NCBI GenBank assembly: GCA_024276675.1
Contig: JAJRWT010000097.1
Location: 5,660-69,659 of the forward strand
Direction: 5' to 3'
Length of the DNA: 64,000 nucleotides
Source: Myxococcota bacterium
Lineage (GTDB): Bacteria > Myxococcota_A > UBA796 > JAFGLY01
Under the pieces are notes generated by a model. It was given only the letters and a program-made list of their open reading frames with translations, was not told the origin of the DNA and did not search any database. The translations under genes were made by a program, and so were the position numbers. Shown piece after piece: positions 30,331 through 40,262 of this stretch (position 1 is its first letter; every line of letters starts with the position of its first letter).

Positions 30331-31368
30331 TCAGCCCCGAGCCATGCCCCCGGAGGAGGCCCGAGGCATCCAGCCGCGATCCCGGTACCATTGGAGTGTT
30401 TGTGCCATGCCTTCGGGAAGGTCCCAGCGTGGCGAGTATCCCAGCCCCGAACGGGCACGGGAGATGTCCAGACGCCATGAACCCACGAGTTCGGGTATCT
30501 TCTGGCGAGTGAGCATGGCCGGCCGACCCGAGATCCTGGCGAGGATCTCGGAGAATGCCGCCGCCGTCCACAGGATGGAACGGTGGAGCACCAGTAGCCG
30601 GACGCGACGCCTGAACAGAACCGCCATGACCTCGGCCAGTTGGGCGATGCTGTAATCCCGTCCCGACCCCAGCAGGAAGACCTCTCCCGAAGCCAGCCTG
30701 GCATCGCCTGCCAGGACTATGCCCCTGGCCACGTCCTGGACATGAACCAGGTCCAGGACCTGCTTCCCTCCGCCCATGGCCGGCAGGATTCCCAGTCGTC
30801 CAGCCAGCTTGAAGAGGGGGAGCATTTCCCCGTCTCGCGGGCCGTAGATGGCGGACGGGCGAAGCACAACGACATGCAGGCGACGAGAGAAGGCCAAGAC
30901 AAGGCGTTCCGCTTCCAGTTTGGAGCGGCCATAGTCGGTGAGATTGCCTGGATACTGGTCTTCGGTGAGCCGTGAGCCAAGGGGCGGGGGTCCCGCAACA
31001 CCGACGCTGGAGACGTGGACGAAGCGACGGGGAGGTGGCGAGGCCCCAAGGCAGGCCTTGAGGATGTTTTCTGTTCCGTCACGGTTGACCCTTAGAAAGG
31101 ACTTGTAGTCCATGGCCCGCACCGCGCCCGCCACGTGGAATACCACGGCGTGGCCAGAGACCAGCTCAGCCAGCCTGGCCCGGTCGTCCAACAAATCCCC
31201 CTGTTCCAGTCGAAGGGGCTTGCCGGAGAGCCACCGAAGATCGGAGCAGGGACGTACCAGGCAAGTGACACGGTGGCCACGTTCAAGCAAGGCATCCACC
31301 AGGTGGCTGCCGACGAAACCGCTGGCGCCGGTCACAAACACCGGACTCCGTGAGTCTGCTGAAGCCAT
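30331..31368 (-). CDS. NAD-dependent epimerase/dehydratase (SDR)
   Basis: TGASGFVG, YGRSK, RPSAIYGP. Confidence 0.88.
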   Translation of the reverse strand: MASADSRSPVFVTGASGFVGSHLVDALLERGHRVTCLVRPCSDLRWLSGKPLRLEQGDLLDDRARLAELVSGHAVVFHVAGAVRAMDYKSFLRVNRDGTENILKACLGASPPPRRFVHVSSVGVAGPPPLGSRLTEDQYPGNLTDYGRSKLEAERLVLAFSRRLHVVVLRPSAIYGPRDGEMLPLFKLAGRLGILPAMGGGKQVLDLVHVQDVARGIVLAGDARLASGEVFLLGSGRDYSIAQLAEVMAVLFRRRVRLLVLHRSILWTAAAFSEILARISGRPAMLTRQKIPELVGSWRLDISRARSGLGYSPRWDLPEGMAQTLQWYRDRGWMPRASSGGMARG

Positions 31369-31372
31369 GGGA

Positions 31373-32542
31373 TCAAACCTTCATCTGACGTGTTTCTTCT
31401 TCTGCCTGCGCCCATTCCCTGAAGCCTTGTGGATTGACGACTATGGCTTGCAACAGATCACCCGGCACCACTCCGGCCCTGAGCAGCACCTCGGTGGGGT
31501 CCAGATCCAGGACTGATGCCAGCTTGTGCAGGGTAGCTTCCGAGAGGTTGTTCCTGCCTGATTCCACCCGGCTCAGGTATGAGCGGGACAAGCCCAGCAG
31601 ATCCCCCAGGATCTGTTGGCTCATGCCCCGAGCCTGCCGGTGCGTCCTGAACCAATCCCCGAAATCCTGCCATTCGGGTCCGGCCGCTGCCCTCGGACTT
31701 GCACACCCGGCGCCAACCTCCACGGGAAGATGATCGCTCGTCCAGTCGATCTCGGCGTATGCAGAGTGGTTGTGGATGGATTCCTGGTTTTCGGCGAAGA
31801 CTCTCATCCAGCAGACCCCCGGCAGCTCTGCCAAGGCCAGGACCACGTCTCGCACGAGATCTTCCACAAATTTCGGGTTGTCGTAGGCGGCCTCGGTCAG
31901 GTGCTTTTCATCTACCCTTTTCAGCAGGGCGTAGACGGGTGCGGATGCCACCCCTTCCACGGCCTCCACCACGTCTTCGATCCAGACAAAAGCCAGGGAG
32001 CGCAGCTCCACGCCCACCGTGCTGCGCTGGTTGTGGGCGCCACGATCGCTGATATCGCGTGAACAGGGGCACAAGCTGGTCACGGGAACCTGCACCGACA
32101 GGACAAAGTCGGCTGCGTTGCCATGACGTGAGGCCTTGAACGCACACTGGTAGCCCATGAGAGACTCGGCCCCGCTCACCGGGGCTCTTTTCGGGATGAA
32201 GTAGGGGAAGGAGAGTTCCAGGTGTACGTCGATGGCACCGAGTCGTTGCTGGACATCCTGCAGGATGGTGGGCAGACTCCTGATGGTCATTTCCCCCCTG
32301 TACTCGTTGAGGATTTCCAGGAAGCGGCTCATGTGGGTACCCTTGAAGTTCTTGGGCAAGCCCACGTACAGGCTCACGTTGGCGATGGTGGACTGAAAGC
32401 CCTCGCTGCGGTCCAGCACCTTGATGGGGTAGGAAAGGTCCTTTATTCCCACCTTGTCGATGGCCAGATCCCGGTGGTCGGGCTCCATGGCGTGATCGGG
32501 TAGATCATCGAACAGCGGACGTTGCTTGGAAGCGGAGGTCAT
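31373..32542 (-). CDS. folE2: GTP cyclohydrolase IB (FolE2) fused to C-terminal XRE helix-turn-helix
   Basis: IDKVGIK, KGTHMSRF, TSLCPCSR, AHNQRS, NPKFVED, ESIHNHSAYA; then FGDWFRTHRQARGMSQQILGDLLGLSRSYLSRVESG. Confidence 0.9.
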   Translation of the reverse strand: MTSASKQRPLFDDLPDHAMEPDHRDLAIDKVGIKDLSYPIKVLDRSEGFQSTIANVSLYVGLPKNFKGTHMSRFLEILNEYRGEMTIRSLPTILQDVQQRLGAIDVHLELSFPYFIPKRAPVSGAESLMGYQCAFKASRHGNAADFVLSVQVPVTSLCPCSRDISDRGAHNQRSTVGVELRSLAFVWIEDVVEAVEGVASAPVYALLKRVDEKHLTEAAYDNPKFVEDLVRDVVLALAELPGVCWMRVFAENQESIHNHSAYAEIDWTSDHLPVEVGAGCASPRAAAGPEWQDFGDWFRTHRQARGMSQQILGDLLGLSRSYLSRVESGRNNLSEATLHKLASVLDLDPTEVLLRAGVVPGDLLQAIVVNPQGFREWAQAEEETRQMKV

Positions 32543-32543
32543 C

Positions 32544-33215
32544 TCATGGAATCCCCAGGATCTTGTGAATCTGCACGGACAGGCGCCACCGTGGATGAGC
32601 CAGGCAGTATTCCATCGCCTGCCAAATATGTTCCTCGTGGCCGGGAACATCAAGTGGCTGCAGGAAGAAATACTGAAAATCCAGATGCAGGAAATCGGGA
32701 GGATTGAGGGTGGGAAGCGGGAACAAGAGCTTGAGTTCGTTTCCGTGACGTTGGCGCAGGGGGTTACCGGGTTTCGGGCTTACGCAAACCCAGTCGAGAC
32801 CATCGGGCACCAAGAGTGTCCCGTTGGTTTCCACCCCCGTCTGCATTCCAAGGGCCCTGCATGCCGACAGCAGAGGGCCGTCCAACTGCAAGAGCGGCTC
32901 GCCTCCGGTGAAGATCACGCAGGGGATCCCCGCGGAAGTGGAAGGCTGGCGGGAGACCGGTGCGTCGGAAGTCTCCCGGTCCCAGATAGCGCGAAGGTGC
33001 ATGGCCAGTCTTCGGGGGGACTCGAAGCGGCCGCCGCCCGGGCCGTTCGTCCCTGAAAAATCGGTATCACAAAACCAGCAGGCCGCCGAAGCGCGATCAT
33101 CAACCTTGCCAGACCAAAGGTTGCAGCCCGCAAACCGACACAACACCACCACCCTTCCAGCCTGGGCGCCCTCGCCCTGCAAGGTGAACCGTGCTTCTTT
33201 TACCGCGTAAGCCAT
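32544..33215 (-). CDS. queE: 7-carboxy-7-deazaguanine synthase (radical SAM, CX14CX2C type)
   Basis: TLQGEG, RFAGCNLWSG...CWFCDTDF, TGGEPLLQ, ETNGT, VSPK, WRLSVQIHK. Confidence 0.93.
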   Translation of the reverse strand: MAYAVKEARFTLQGEGAQAGRVVVLCRFAGCNLWSGKVDDRASAACWFCDTDFSGTNGPGGGRFESPRRLAMHLRAIWDRETSDAPVSRQPSTSAGIPCVIFTGGEPLLQLDGPLLSACRALGMQTGVETNGTLLVPDGLDWVCVSPKPGNPLRQRHGNELKLLFPLPTLNPPDFLHLDFQYFFLQPLDVPGHEEHIWQAMEYCLAHPRWRLSVQIHKILGIP

Positions 33216-33446
33216 TCCCGATTCCCCCGGTTCGTGCCCGTTTGGGCTGAACCACACAAAGCTGGCCTTTCTTGGTGGCTCGCAGCCCCAGCCCCTGTCC
33301 GCGTGGGCGAAACCTTTGCAACAGAAGCCACCAGAACCCCGATTCGCAGTTGGCGGGACGAGTCACCGGGTTCCCGCCTATCCGGAGCCACGCTCCTGAA
33401 TTACAGGGTATAAGGTTGAGGTCACTCCTTCCAGCGTGGAGACCAG

Positions 33447-34859
33447 GTGGCCAGACGACGTTACATACCTCCCTTCCAGGTGAAAATTCAATCTCTGGAG
33501 CCAGGTGCTCTGGGTGCTGGAGTCCACGATGGCCGAACGGTCCTCGTCAGGCACGCTCCCCCCGGAGCACTTTTGCGCGTTGCCCCTTTCCGTCGAAAAC
33601 GCGGGACCATCCACGCCCGCAGGATTGCCATGGTCCAACCGCCGCCTTCTGCCATGGAGCCCCGCTGCGGAGACTTCGGCCTTTGTGGCGGCTGCGCCTT
33701 GCAGGAGCTGACCCTGCAAGCTCAGCGAAGGGCAAAGCACGACATGCTGCTTCGCCACGTGGGCCCCACCGATGGCATCAGGGTGCATCCCATCATCGGC
33801 CCCGAAGCTCCCTGGGCATACCGCAACAAGGTGGAGCTTGCATTCGGAACCCGCAGGTACCTCAGCGAAGAAGACCACCTCGCGGGCAAGCCCATTGACG
33901 GTCGCTTCCTGGGTTTTCACGCTCCGGGGCGTTTCGATCGGGTAGTGGATGTCCAACGCTGCGAACTGGTCCCTGAAAACACAAACTCCATTATAAAAGC
34001 AGTACACCATCACCTGGCGCATTCCGCGTTGGAGCCCTGGGATGTCCGCACGCACACGGGTTTTTGGCGCCACCTGGTGCTTCGGGAGAGCCGCACCGGT
34101 GAATGCCTTGTGGCCATCTACACCGCTCCGCCCCGGGATCCGGAGTTGGCTGCCGCCGAGCTTGGCGCCCTGGCAGAGGCAATCCACGGCGCCAGGGGAG
34201 TCGTCTGGTTCGTGAACGAACGGGTGGCCGACGCGGCCACCGGCCAGGCCAGGGCAGTCCTGCGGGGAGAGCCCTTCATCCACGAACGCCTGGGCGACCT
34301 GGTGTTCAGGCTCTCGCCCACGGCCTTCTTCCAGACCAACACGGCTGCCGCCGAACAGCTCTACGGAGTGGTGCAGACCGCTGCCGGCACCGGCGACGGC
34401 CTGCTGGAACTGTACTCCGGCATAGGTTCCCTGAGTACCTGGTTGTCTCCCGGCTTCAACAAGGTAGTTGGGGTTGAATCCAATCCCGAGGCGGTTCGAG
34501 ACGCCACGTTCAACGCCCGCCTGAACAAGCGGGAGAACGTCCGTTTCGTCGCCGGAGAAGTGGAAGAATTGCTTCGCCTGGACGAACCCTGCGGTGGCTT
34601 GCAGGAACTCTGCCAGGGCCTTGACGTGGTGGTGGCCGATCCCCCCAGGGCAGGACCACACCCACGGGTGGCCAGGTGGCTGGCTGGATTTCCTGCTCAC
34701 AGGCTGGTCTACCTGGCCTGTCATCCCCCATCGCTGGGCCGGGACAGACCAACACTCGAAGCCGGCGGCTGGCACATGACAGACCTCTGGACCGTCGACA
34801 TGTTCCCCCACACCGGCCACATTGAAGCCGTGGCCCTGTTCGCGAGGTTTGGCCAGTAG
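33447..34859 (+). CDS. rlmD: 23S rRNA m5U methyltransferase (RlmD/TrmA family)
   Basis: C..FGLCGGC, YRNKVE, FFQTN, DPPRAG, DMFPHTGHIE. Confidence 0.9.
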   Translation: MARRRYIPPFQVKIQSLEPGALGAGVHDGRTVLVRHAPPGALLRVAPFRRKRGTIHARRIAMVQPPPSAMEPRCGDFGLCGGCALQELTLQAQRRAKHDMLLRHVGPTDGIRVHPIIGPEAPWAYRNKVELAFGTRRYLSEEDHLAGKPIDGRFLGFHAPGRFDRVVDVQRCELVPENTNSIIKAVHHHLAHSALEPWDVRTHTGFWRHLVLRESRTGECLVAIYTAPPRDPELAAAELGALAEAIHGARGVVWFVNERVADAATGQARAVLRGEPFIHERLGDLVFRLSPTAFFQTNTAAAEQLYGVVQTAAGTGDGLLELYSGIGSLSTWLSPGFNKVVGVESNPEAVRDATFNARLNKRENVRFVAGEVEELLRLDEPCGGLQELCQGLDVVVADPPRAGPHPRVARWLAGFPAHRLVYLACHPPSLGRDRPTLEAGGWHMTDLWTVDMFPHTGHIEAVALFARFGQ

Positions 34860-34914
34860 CAACTTTTCCATTACCCCTGGCCCGGCGAGGGGAGGTGGAG
34901 CCAGCTACCTCGTT

Positions 34915-35370
34915 CTACCTGACCTGGATCTCTTGCCAACCCGAATCAGGGTCGTTCCCAAAGGCGTCCAGGCCGGCCTGAATCTGCCAGATGTGCTTTA
35001 TCATCTGGCCATGGAGAGTGGGGTTGGCGTCGGCCGGGATGGTGAATTCCCCTTCCCATGTCTGTTCCTGCCCTGGGGGTAGTTCCTGGGGACCCGCCAG
35101 ATCCACGCGAGTCTTGAAGGTCTGTTTCGTGGCGTTGATGGTTTCGGTCCTGGTGCGGCCCTGCTCGTAGTCGGTGTCCCTGACCCTCGCGTGTTCTCGC
35201 GCACGAACCAGAAGGTAGACCCCATCGATCTTGAGACCGGATTCCGCAGTGGCACGCACCCACACCCTCGCGGGCATTCCGGGGGTCACCTGCTCGCACT
35301 CCAGGCCGACCGTGGCGGATCCTCCTGTGATGGCATTGGCCGCTGACTTCAGTTTGTCAAAGAAACCCAT
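34915..35370 (-). CDS. Spo0M/arrestin-N-like protein
   Basis: MGFFDKLK...GGSATV start and FTIPADANPT motif recall the Spo0M family. Confidence 0.55.
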   Translation of the reverse strand: MGFFDKLKSAANAITGGSATVGLECEQVTPGMPARVWVRATAESGLKIDGVYLLVRAREHARVRDTDYEQGRTRTETINATKQTFKTRVDLAGPQELPPGQEQTWEGEFTIPADANPTLHGQMIKHIWQIQAGLDAFGNDPDSGWQEIQVR

Positions 35371-35615
35371 TTTGAAAAGTCCTTTCCTGCTCGGTGTGCC
35401 AGGCGATGTGATCAGCCGGGCAGCGTTGGATTTACGGGATGAAGGTGAAGCGATGTTCTCCAGTAGCGTAGCGACATCCAGCCGTCCAGCCTGGCCGTGC
35501 GTCGTCCAGGGATGCCAGCGAAAAGCGTAGCCGGACCGCTGGCCAATACCCCGAAGCCGGCCCCCTCCCTGGGAAGTGGGTTACGTTTCATCGCGTCTTT
35601 CCCGCCGGAGGTCCG

Positions 35616-38111
35616 TTGGCCCTGGACATGCGACCATTGGAGGACATTCCCCCGGAGCCCTCTTGCACCGAGGCGCCACCTGCCGGACAGGTCTGCTTTG
35701 GTTCCAAGATCCGAAACCTGGCAGCCATGGTTCGGGTTGGGGCTCGGGTTCCACCCTCCTTCGCGGTTCAGAGTACCGGAATCCCGCCAGGCCGATGGCC
35801 AGCCGACGAAATCGCTCTTTTCAAACAGCTCTGCCAGGGCCTTCGAGGCTCCGGAAAGCTGGTACTCAGGCCATCGGTACCGGGAACCCTCCACAGCCCC
35901 GCCCACTTGCTTCCCCCCTTCAAAGGGCTGCGCGATAGCTCAGATGCCATGGAAGCCGCTGATCTTCTCTTTCGGCGTTTCTCCACCGTGAACAAAGGCT
36001 CCCACCCCCCTCCGGCACTTCTGGTACAAAGGGAAATCCGGGTTGGCCTCCGGGGAAGCTGCTATACCAGGGATCCCCATGGCGAAGACCCCGGAATGCT
36101 CATCGTGGCAGCAAGAACCCGGACAGACGGAACGCCCGGTGCCCAGGAAACCTGGCGAGTCTACCGATCAGGGCAAAAGCGATGGGAATACCGGCTGCTT
36201 GGCCAGGACGAGGGGCCCAGGCTCCTGTCATGGCAACAGCTCCTGAACCTGTCGGAGTTGACCGCCTTTTTCCACTCCCGCCTGGCCTCCGATACCCACC
36301 TCCAGATGGAATGGGTCATGGACCCCCAAGGCTGGATCCACTGGCTCCAATGCCTGGAGTTGGACATACACCCACCCCAGGAAGAATTCAAGGTAGAGCA
36401 CGCTTTCCAGCAGGTGGTCGACGGCCCGGTAACCCTCTGGACAAACCTGGGACTCGGGCAGACCCTCCCATCTCCGTTGGCTCCCCTGACCTGGAGCGTT
36501 TGGCGAAATGCCATAGCCCCCGTTGTGTTGGCACCACTGGTCGCCCCGGCCAGAGACTCCGTTCTGGCGCCCCACACCAACTTTCTGGACAGAGTACAGG
36601 GTCGGGTCTACTGGAACGTCAACGGAATCTTGTTGCTTCCATTCGCCCGCAGGGCACTCCTGAACTTCCTGAACCGTACAAGTCCTGAAGCGGCCAGAGC
36701 GGTGGCCGCCCTGATCAAAAACGCCGTAATCCAACCCAGGCATCTCCCCGGCGGTCGCTGGCGCATCCTCGTCCCCGTCCTCCGCGCATATGCAGGAAAC
36801 CTATCGGGTCTGGCCACTGCACTCAGGCCGGCACTTCTGCTGAGTCGGATGGAACGTTTCAAGCGCGCCATGGCCAAGCGCTCCACCAGGAGTCTGGCCT
36901 TCATGTCCGGCCAGGATCTGCTGCTGGAGATCGGCCAAACCCCCGATGCCGAACAGGCATCCCTCAAGGGCCTTGCCCACGCAAACCTCCTGGGGGAGTT
37001 CTTCCACCGCAGGGCCATGAAGGCCTTCCGCTTTGCGCCACTGGCTCAGAGCCTGCTGGGGGCGGGCTCCCCTGGCAGCCCCGTCACACAGATGACCCTG
37101 GACCTGGAAGACCTGGCCGTCGCGGCCAGGCCGCTGGCTCCTGTTTTCCTGAATGAGGCCGACAACCAGAAGATACTGGAACGTCTCGCCAGGAAACCGG
37201 CGGGAATGGCTTGGTTGGCAGCCTGGAGGCGCTTCATCAGGGACCACGGGCACAGGCGACTCGGGGAAACGGATCTGGGGCAACCACGATGGGCAGAAAA
37301 CCCTTCCCAGGTATTCGCCCTGCTTCGTAATCTATTGAAAACTCAACATCGTACAAGGCTTTCCCTGAGGCTCAAGCGCCTGGCGGCCCGCAGGGCAGAG
37401 GCCCTGGAAGAAGCCATCGCCAGCAAGCCGGCTCCCTGGCGTCCATGGCTACGCTTCCTGGAGAAAGCAGTCCAGAAGTACCAGCCGTTCTGGGAAATGG
37501 CCCAGAACTACTTCATGTTGGCCTTCCACAGGGTCCGCCTGGCCGCACTGGAGTTGGGGAAGCGACTTCAGGACCAGGGCTGCATCGACGAACCCTCCGA
37601 CGTGTTCCTTCTGGAGTACGACGAGCTTACGGCCATCGTACAGGATCAGGATCCCTCCCCCGACAAGCGATCACTGGTGCGCCAACGAAAGGCGTTGATG
37701 GCAAGGTTCGCCTCTCGTTCGGCCCCCATGTTGATCAGATCCGACGGAATACCCGTGACATTCCAGGAACGTTCTTCCAGGGGATCTACTGTCCTGGAAG
37801 GAATCGGCGTCTCTTCGGGCAGGGTGCAGGGAGTATTGAGGTTCCTCCGGGAGCCTGCTCCAATACTTCTGGGACCACAGGACATCCTTGTAATAAACAC
37901 AGCCGATGCGTCTTTGGCACCCCTCTTTTCGCAGGCCATCGGTCTTGTGGCCCGAGTGGGCGGCTTCTTGAACCCCGCGGCGGTAGTGGCCCGCGAGATG
38001 GGACTACCCGCAGTATTCGGTGTGGAAGCCATCTTCGAACAACTGGAAGAAGGCCGCCAAGTCACGATTGATGGTGACGCGGGCACGGTGCAGGCACCAG
38101 GTGCAGAGTAG
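35616..38111 (+). CDS. PEP-synthase/rifampin-phosphotransferase-like three-domain protein, catalytic His missing
   Basis: GSK..NL..VPPSF, MEW..LQ, HGHR..GETDL..PRW.ENP, GIGVSSG, GGFLNPAAVVAREMGLPAV, IDGDAGTV. Confidence 0.8.
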   Translation: MALDMRPLEDIPPEPSCTEAPPAGQVCFGSKIRNLAAMVRVGARVPPSFAVQSTGIPPGRWPADEIALFKQLCQGLRGSGKLVLRPSVPGTLHSPAHLLPPFKGLRDSSDAMEAADLLFRRFSTVNKGSHPPPALLVQREIRVGLRGSCYTRDPHGEDPGMLIVAARTRTDGTPGAQETWRVYRSGQKRWEYRLLGQDEGPRLLSWQQLLNLSELTAFFHSRLASDTHLQMEWVMDPQGWIHWLQCLELDIHPPQEEFKVEHAFQQVVDGPVTLWTNLGLGQTLPSPLAPLTWSVWRNAIAPVVLAPLVAPARDSVLAPHTNFLDRVQGRVYWNVNGILLLPFARRALLNFLNRTSPEAARAVAALIKNAVIQPRHLPGGRWRILVPVLRAYAGNLSGLATALRPALLLSRMERFKRAMAKRSTRSLAFMSGQDLLLEIGQTPDAEQASLKGLAHANLLGEFFHRRAMKAFRFAPLAQSLLGAGSPGSPVTQMTLDLEDLAVAARPLAPVFLNEADNQKILERLARKPAGMAWLAAWRRFIRDHGHRRLGETDLGQPRWAENPSQVFALLRNLLKTQHRTRLSLRLKRLAARRAEALEEAIASKPAPWRPWLRFLEKAVQKYQPFWEMAQNYFMLAFHRVRLAALELGKRLQDQGCIDEPSDVFLLEYDELTAIVQDQDPSPDKRSLVRQRKALMARFASRSAPMLIRSDGIPVTFQERSSRGSTVLEGIGVSSGRVQGVLRFLREPAPILLGPQDILVINTADASLAPLFSQAIGLVARVGGFLNPAAVVAREMGLPAVFGVEAIFEQLEEGRQVTIDGDAGTVQAPGAE

Positions 38112-38121
38112 CAACTACGGC

Positions 38122-38700
38122 TCAGGGGACGGCCCACCACCTGCCGCAGGAGTCCCAGCCGGCTCGCTGCTCGCCCCCTTGCCGCTCCTGCAGAGTCTTC
38201 CACGTACCGCTCGGGGCTTCAGTCACCAGCGCCGCACGCAGGGCCTCCGCCATGGAGAACGCGCCACCTTGCTGGTGCCGAACCACGATGATCACGTTGT
38301 GGTCCCTAAGCAGCAACAAGCCGATACCGTCGCCCCTGGCTTCGACGCCATCTCGTTCCCAAACCTGGAAGGGGGGCGCGGCCATGGCGGTGGCAGCGTC
38401 GGCCTGGAAGGAAAACTCTCGCTCTGCGCTGCCGGGGTCGGGGAGTATAGACAGCCGGACGAACCCACCACCGGTGATGGGAGCCTGCCAGGTGGATTCT
38501 CCGCGAAACAGAGTGGGGGTGCCCAGTCCCAGAGACGATAGAGAGGTAAGCGGCAGACCCGCCCATGGTGTGCTCCGTGGAGTTGGGGCAGACTCCGGGG
38601 CCTGCTGCTCGGCTGCCTGGGCATGGGCAGGCCGTGGCAATGGAAGCAGGAAAAAGCCCAGGTACATACACAGTTCTACGATGAAGAGAAAGCGGCTCAC
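38122..38700 (-). CDS. Hypothetical exported protein
   Basis: Hydrophobic N-terminus with AHA/AQA cleavage-like site; 4-bp overlap with upstream gene. Confidence 0.5.
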   Translation of the reverse strand: MSRFLFIVELCMYLGFFLLPLPRPAHAQAAEQQAPESAPTPRSTPWAGLPLTSLSSLGLGTPTLFRGESTWQAPITGGGFVRLSILPDPGSAEREFSFQADAATAMAAPPFQVWERDGVEARGDGIGLLLLRDHNVIIVVRHQQGGAFSMAEALRAALVTEAPSGTWKTLQERQGGEQRAGWDSCGRWWAVP

Positions 38701-40262
38701 TGGAGCGTCCCCTGTGCTTCGTACTGGAAGTACGGGTTTCCATTCATGGCGAGCCGATCCAGGTATTCTTCTCCAGGGATCTTGCGGACCAGCAACGTTT
38801 CGCAGGGTTCGGTGCCGGGATCTTCATCGCCGTCGAGGGCCAGGGTGGAGTCGAAGATGTTTTCTCCGGAATCGTACGTGTTGACGGCATGGTAGGAAAA
38901 ACTGCATCCCCACGGCCCGAAGGGACAATGCGTGAACTCCTCGATGCCGATGGCCAGTATGTAGTTGAGCGCAAAGTTGCGAAAGACCATGGTGTAGTCG
39001 AGCCTGGCGCCCAGCATGTTCGCGTAGGTCAACAGTATGCCGGCGCAATCGGAGCAGTTGACCACGTCGCCGTAGCGCCTCTCGACGAAGTCGGAGCCCA
39101 GGAAGGTGGCGTTGCCCCAACCACCTCGGTAGCTGGAATAGGCGCTGGCCCCGTAGGTGGTATCGTAGACGAGATCCGACTCGTAGAAAACCCACTCCAC
39201 CAGCGCCGAGAGCACGGAATCCGTATCGGGTTCCAGGCCCTCCAGGGCCTGCAAGGCCGGTTCCACAAAGGCTGGCCAGGCGTTGTACTGGTCACCTGTG
39301 TTGTCGAAAGTGGTTGCCCCAAGGGTGGAATACCATCGAACAGGCAGGACCTGGGTGCCGATCTCGTAGACGGTGCCACCATTGGATTCCAGGAAGAAGC
39401 CTATGAGCAGATCCTCGTCGATGACTCCGAGAGCGTCGGAAACAGGTTCATCGGCCTGAATGACGATGGGAACACCTGGATCCAGGTCGGTTCCCCCCGA
39501 GAGCACTGTCCAACCTGGCACCTGGACCTGGATGCCCAGGCCAGGAAGCCCCGAAGAACCAAAGATGCCATCGTCTCCCAGCCAGAGAGTGAGGATTGGC
39601 CTGCTGTCCCAGGTGAAGGCCAGGGGTTGGTTGGCACCTGGAGGAAGTGAAGCAAGATCCTCGTTGGGCGAAGGGAAAAGAGCCAGGCTGCCGTCGGGAG
39701 CTTCCATGAACTCCAAGGACACGAACGGCTGGGCTTCATCCTGAAGGTACTCGTTTTCGTACCAGTACAGCGGGACCCGGAACGCGGTCTTCCCGCCATC
39801 GCCTTCAGCTAGGGCGCTTGTTACGCCGCATCTCACCAGGTCTACCCATTCCTGGTCCCATTCATCACGCGACATGTAGTCGGCACCGTCTGCCCGGACC
39901 AGGTAGCGTCCGGTGGGGGCTGGTTCTCCGGAAGCGGTCCTGCCGTCCCAGGAATCGGTGACACTGGCTACAAACCCACCCTTTTCGTCCCAGACGGTAA
40001 CATCTGCCGAGCCTTGCAGGACAGTGATCTCCAGGGGACCGCCCAACAGGGGATCGAATACCGGCGCCACCACGAGATCCAGGGGAAGATCCTCTTGCCC
40101 CTGGCCGCTGTCGACGTTTTGCTGCGTGTCCGCGGCGGATGACGTGTCTTCGCTGTCGGGAGATGATGGGAGGTGGGAGGAGGGGCTGCCAGGCGAGGCA
40201 GTGTATCCGCAACTGGCCAGAGCCAGGACGACAACGAGAAGCATTGATGTGGATGTCCGCAC
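38697..40262 (-). CDS. Lipoprotein with FlgD-Ig-like segment and putative transglutaminase/papain-like C-terminal domain
   Basis: Lipobox LASC; WDGRTASGEPAPTGRY; VNCSDCA...FSYHAV...IFDST Cys-His-Asp order. Confidence 0.6.
   Translation of the reverse strand: MRTSTSMLLVVVLALASCGYTASPGSPSSHLPSSPDSEDTSSAADTQQNVDSGQGQEDLPLDLVVAPVFDPLLGGPLEITVLQGSADVTVWDEKGGFVASVTDSWDGRTASGEPAPTGRYLVRADGADYMSRDEWDQEWVDLVRCGVTSALAEGDGGKTAFRVPLYWYENEYLQDEAQPFVSLEFMEAPDGSLALFPSPNEDLASLPPGANQPLAFTWDSRPILTLWLGDDGIFGSSGLPGLGIQVQVPGWTVLSGGTDLDPGVPIVIQADEPVSDALGVIDEDLLIGFFLESNGGTVYEIGTQVLPVRWYSTLGATTFDNTGDQYNAWPAFVEPALQALEGLEPDTDSVLSALVEWVFYESDLVYDTTYGASAYSSYRGGWGNATFLGSDFVERRYGDVVNCSDCAGILLTYANMLGARLDYTMVFRNFALNYILAIGIEEFTHCPFGPWGCSFSYHAVNTYDSGENIFDSTLALDGDEDPGTEPCETLLVRKIPGEEYLDRLAMNGNPYFQYEAQGTLQ

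Noticed and set aside
33216-33446. Possible preQ1 riboswitch upstream of queE; GGCGGGA..TCCCGCC hairpin near 33352-33378
   Set aside because: No A-rich 3' tail or recognisable preQ1 consensus on the minus strand.
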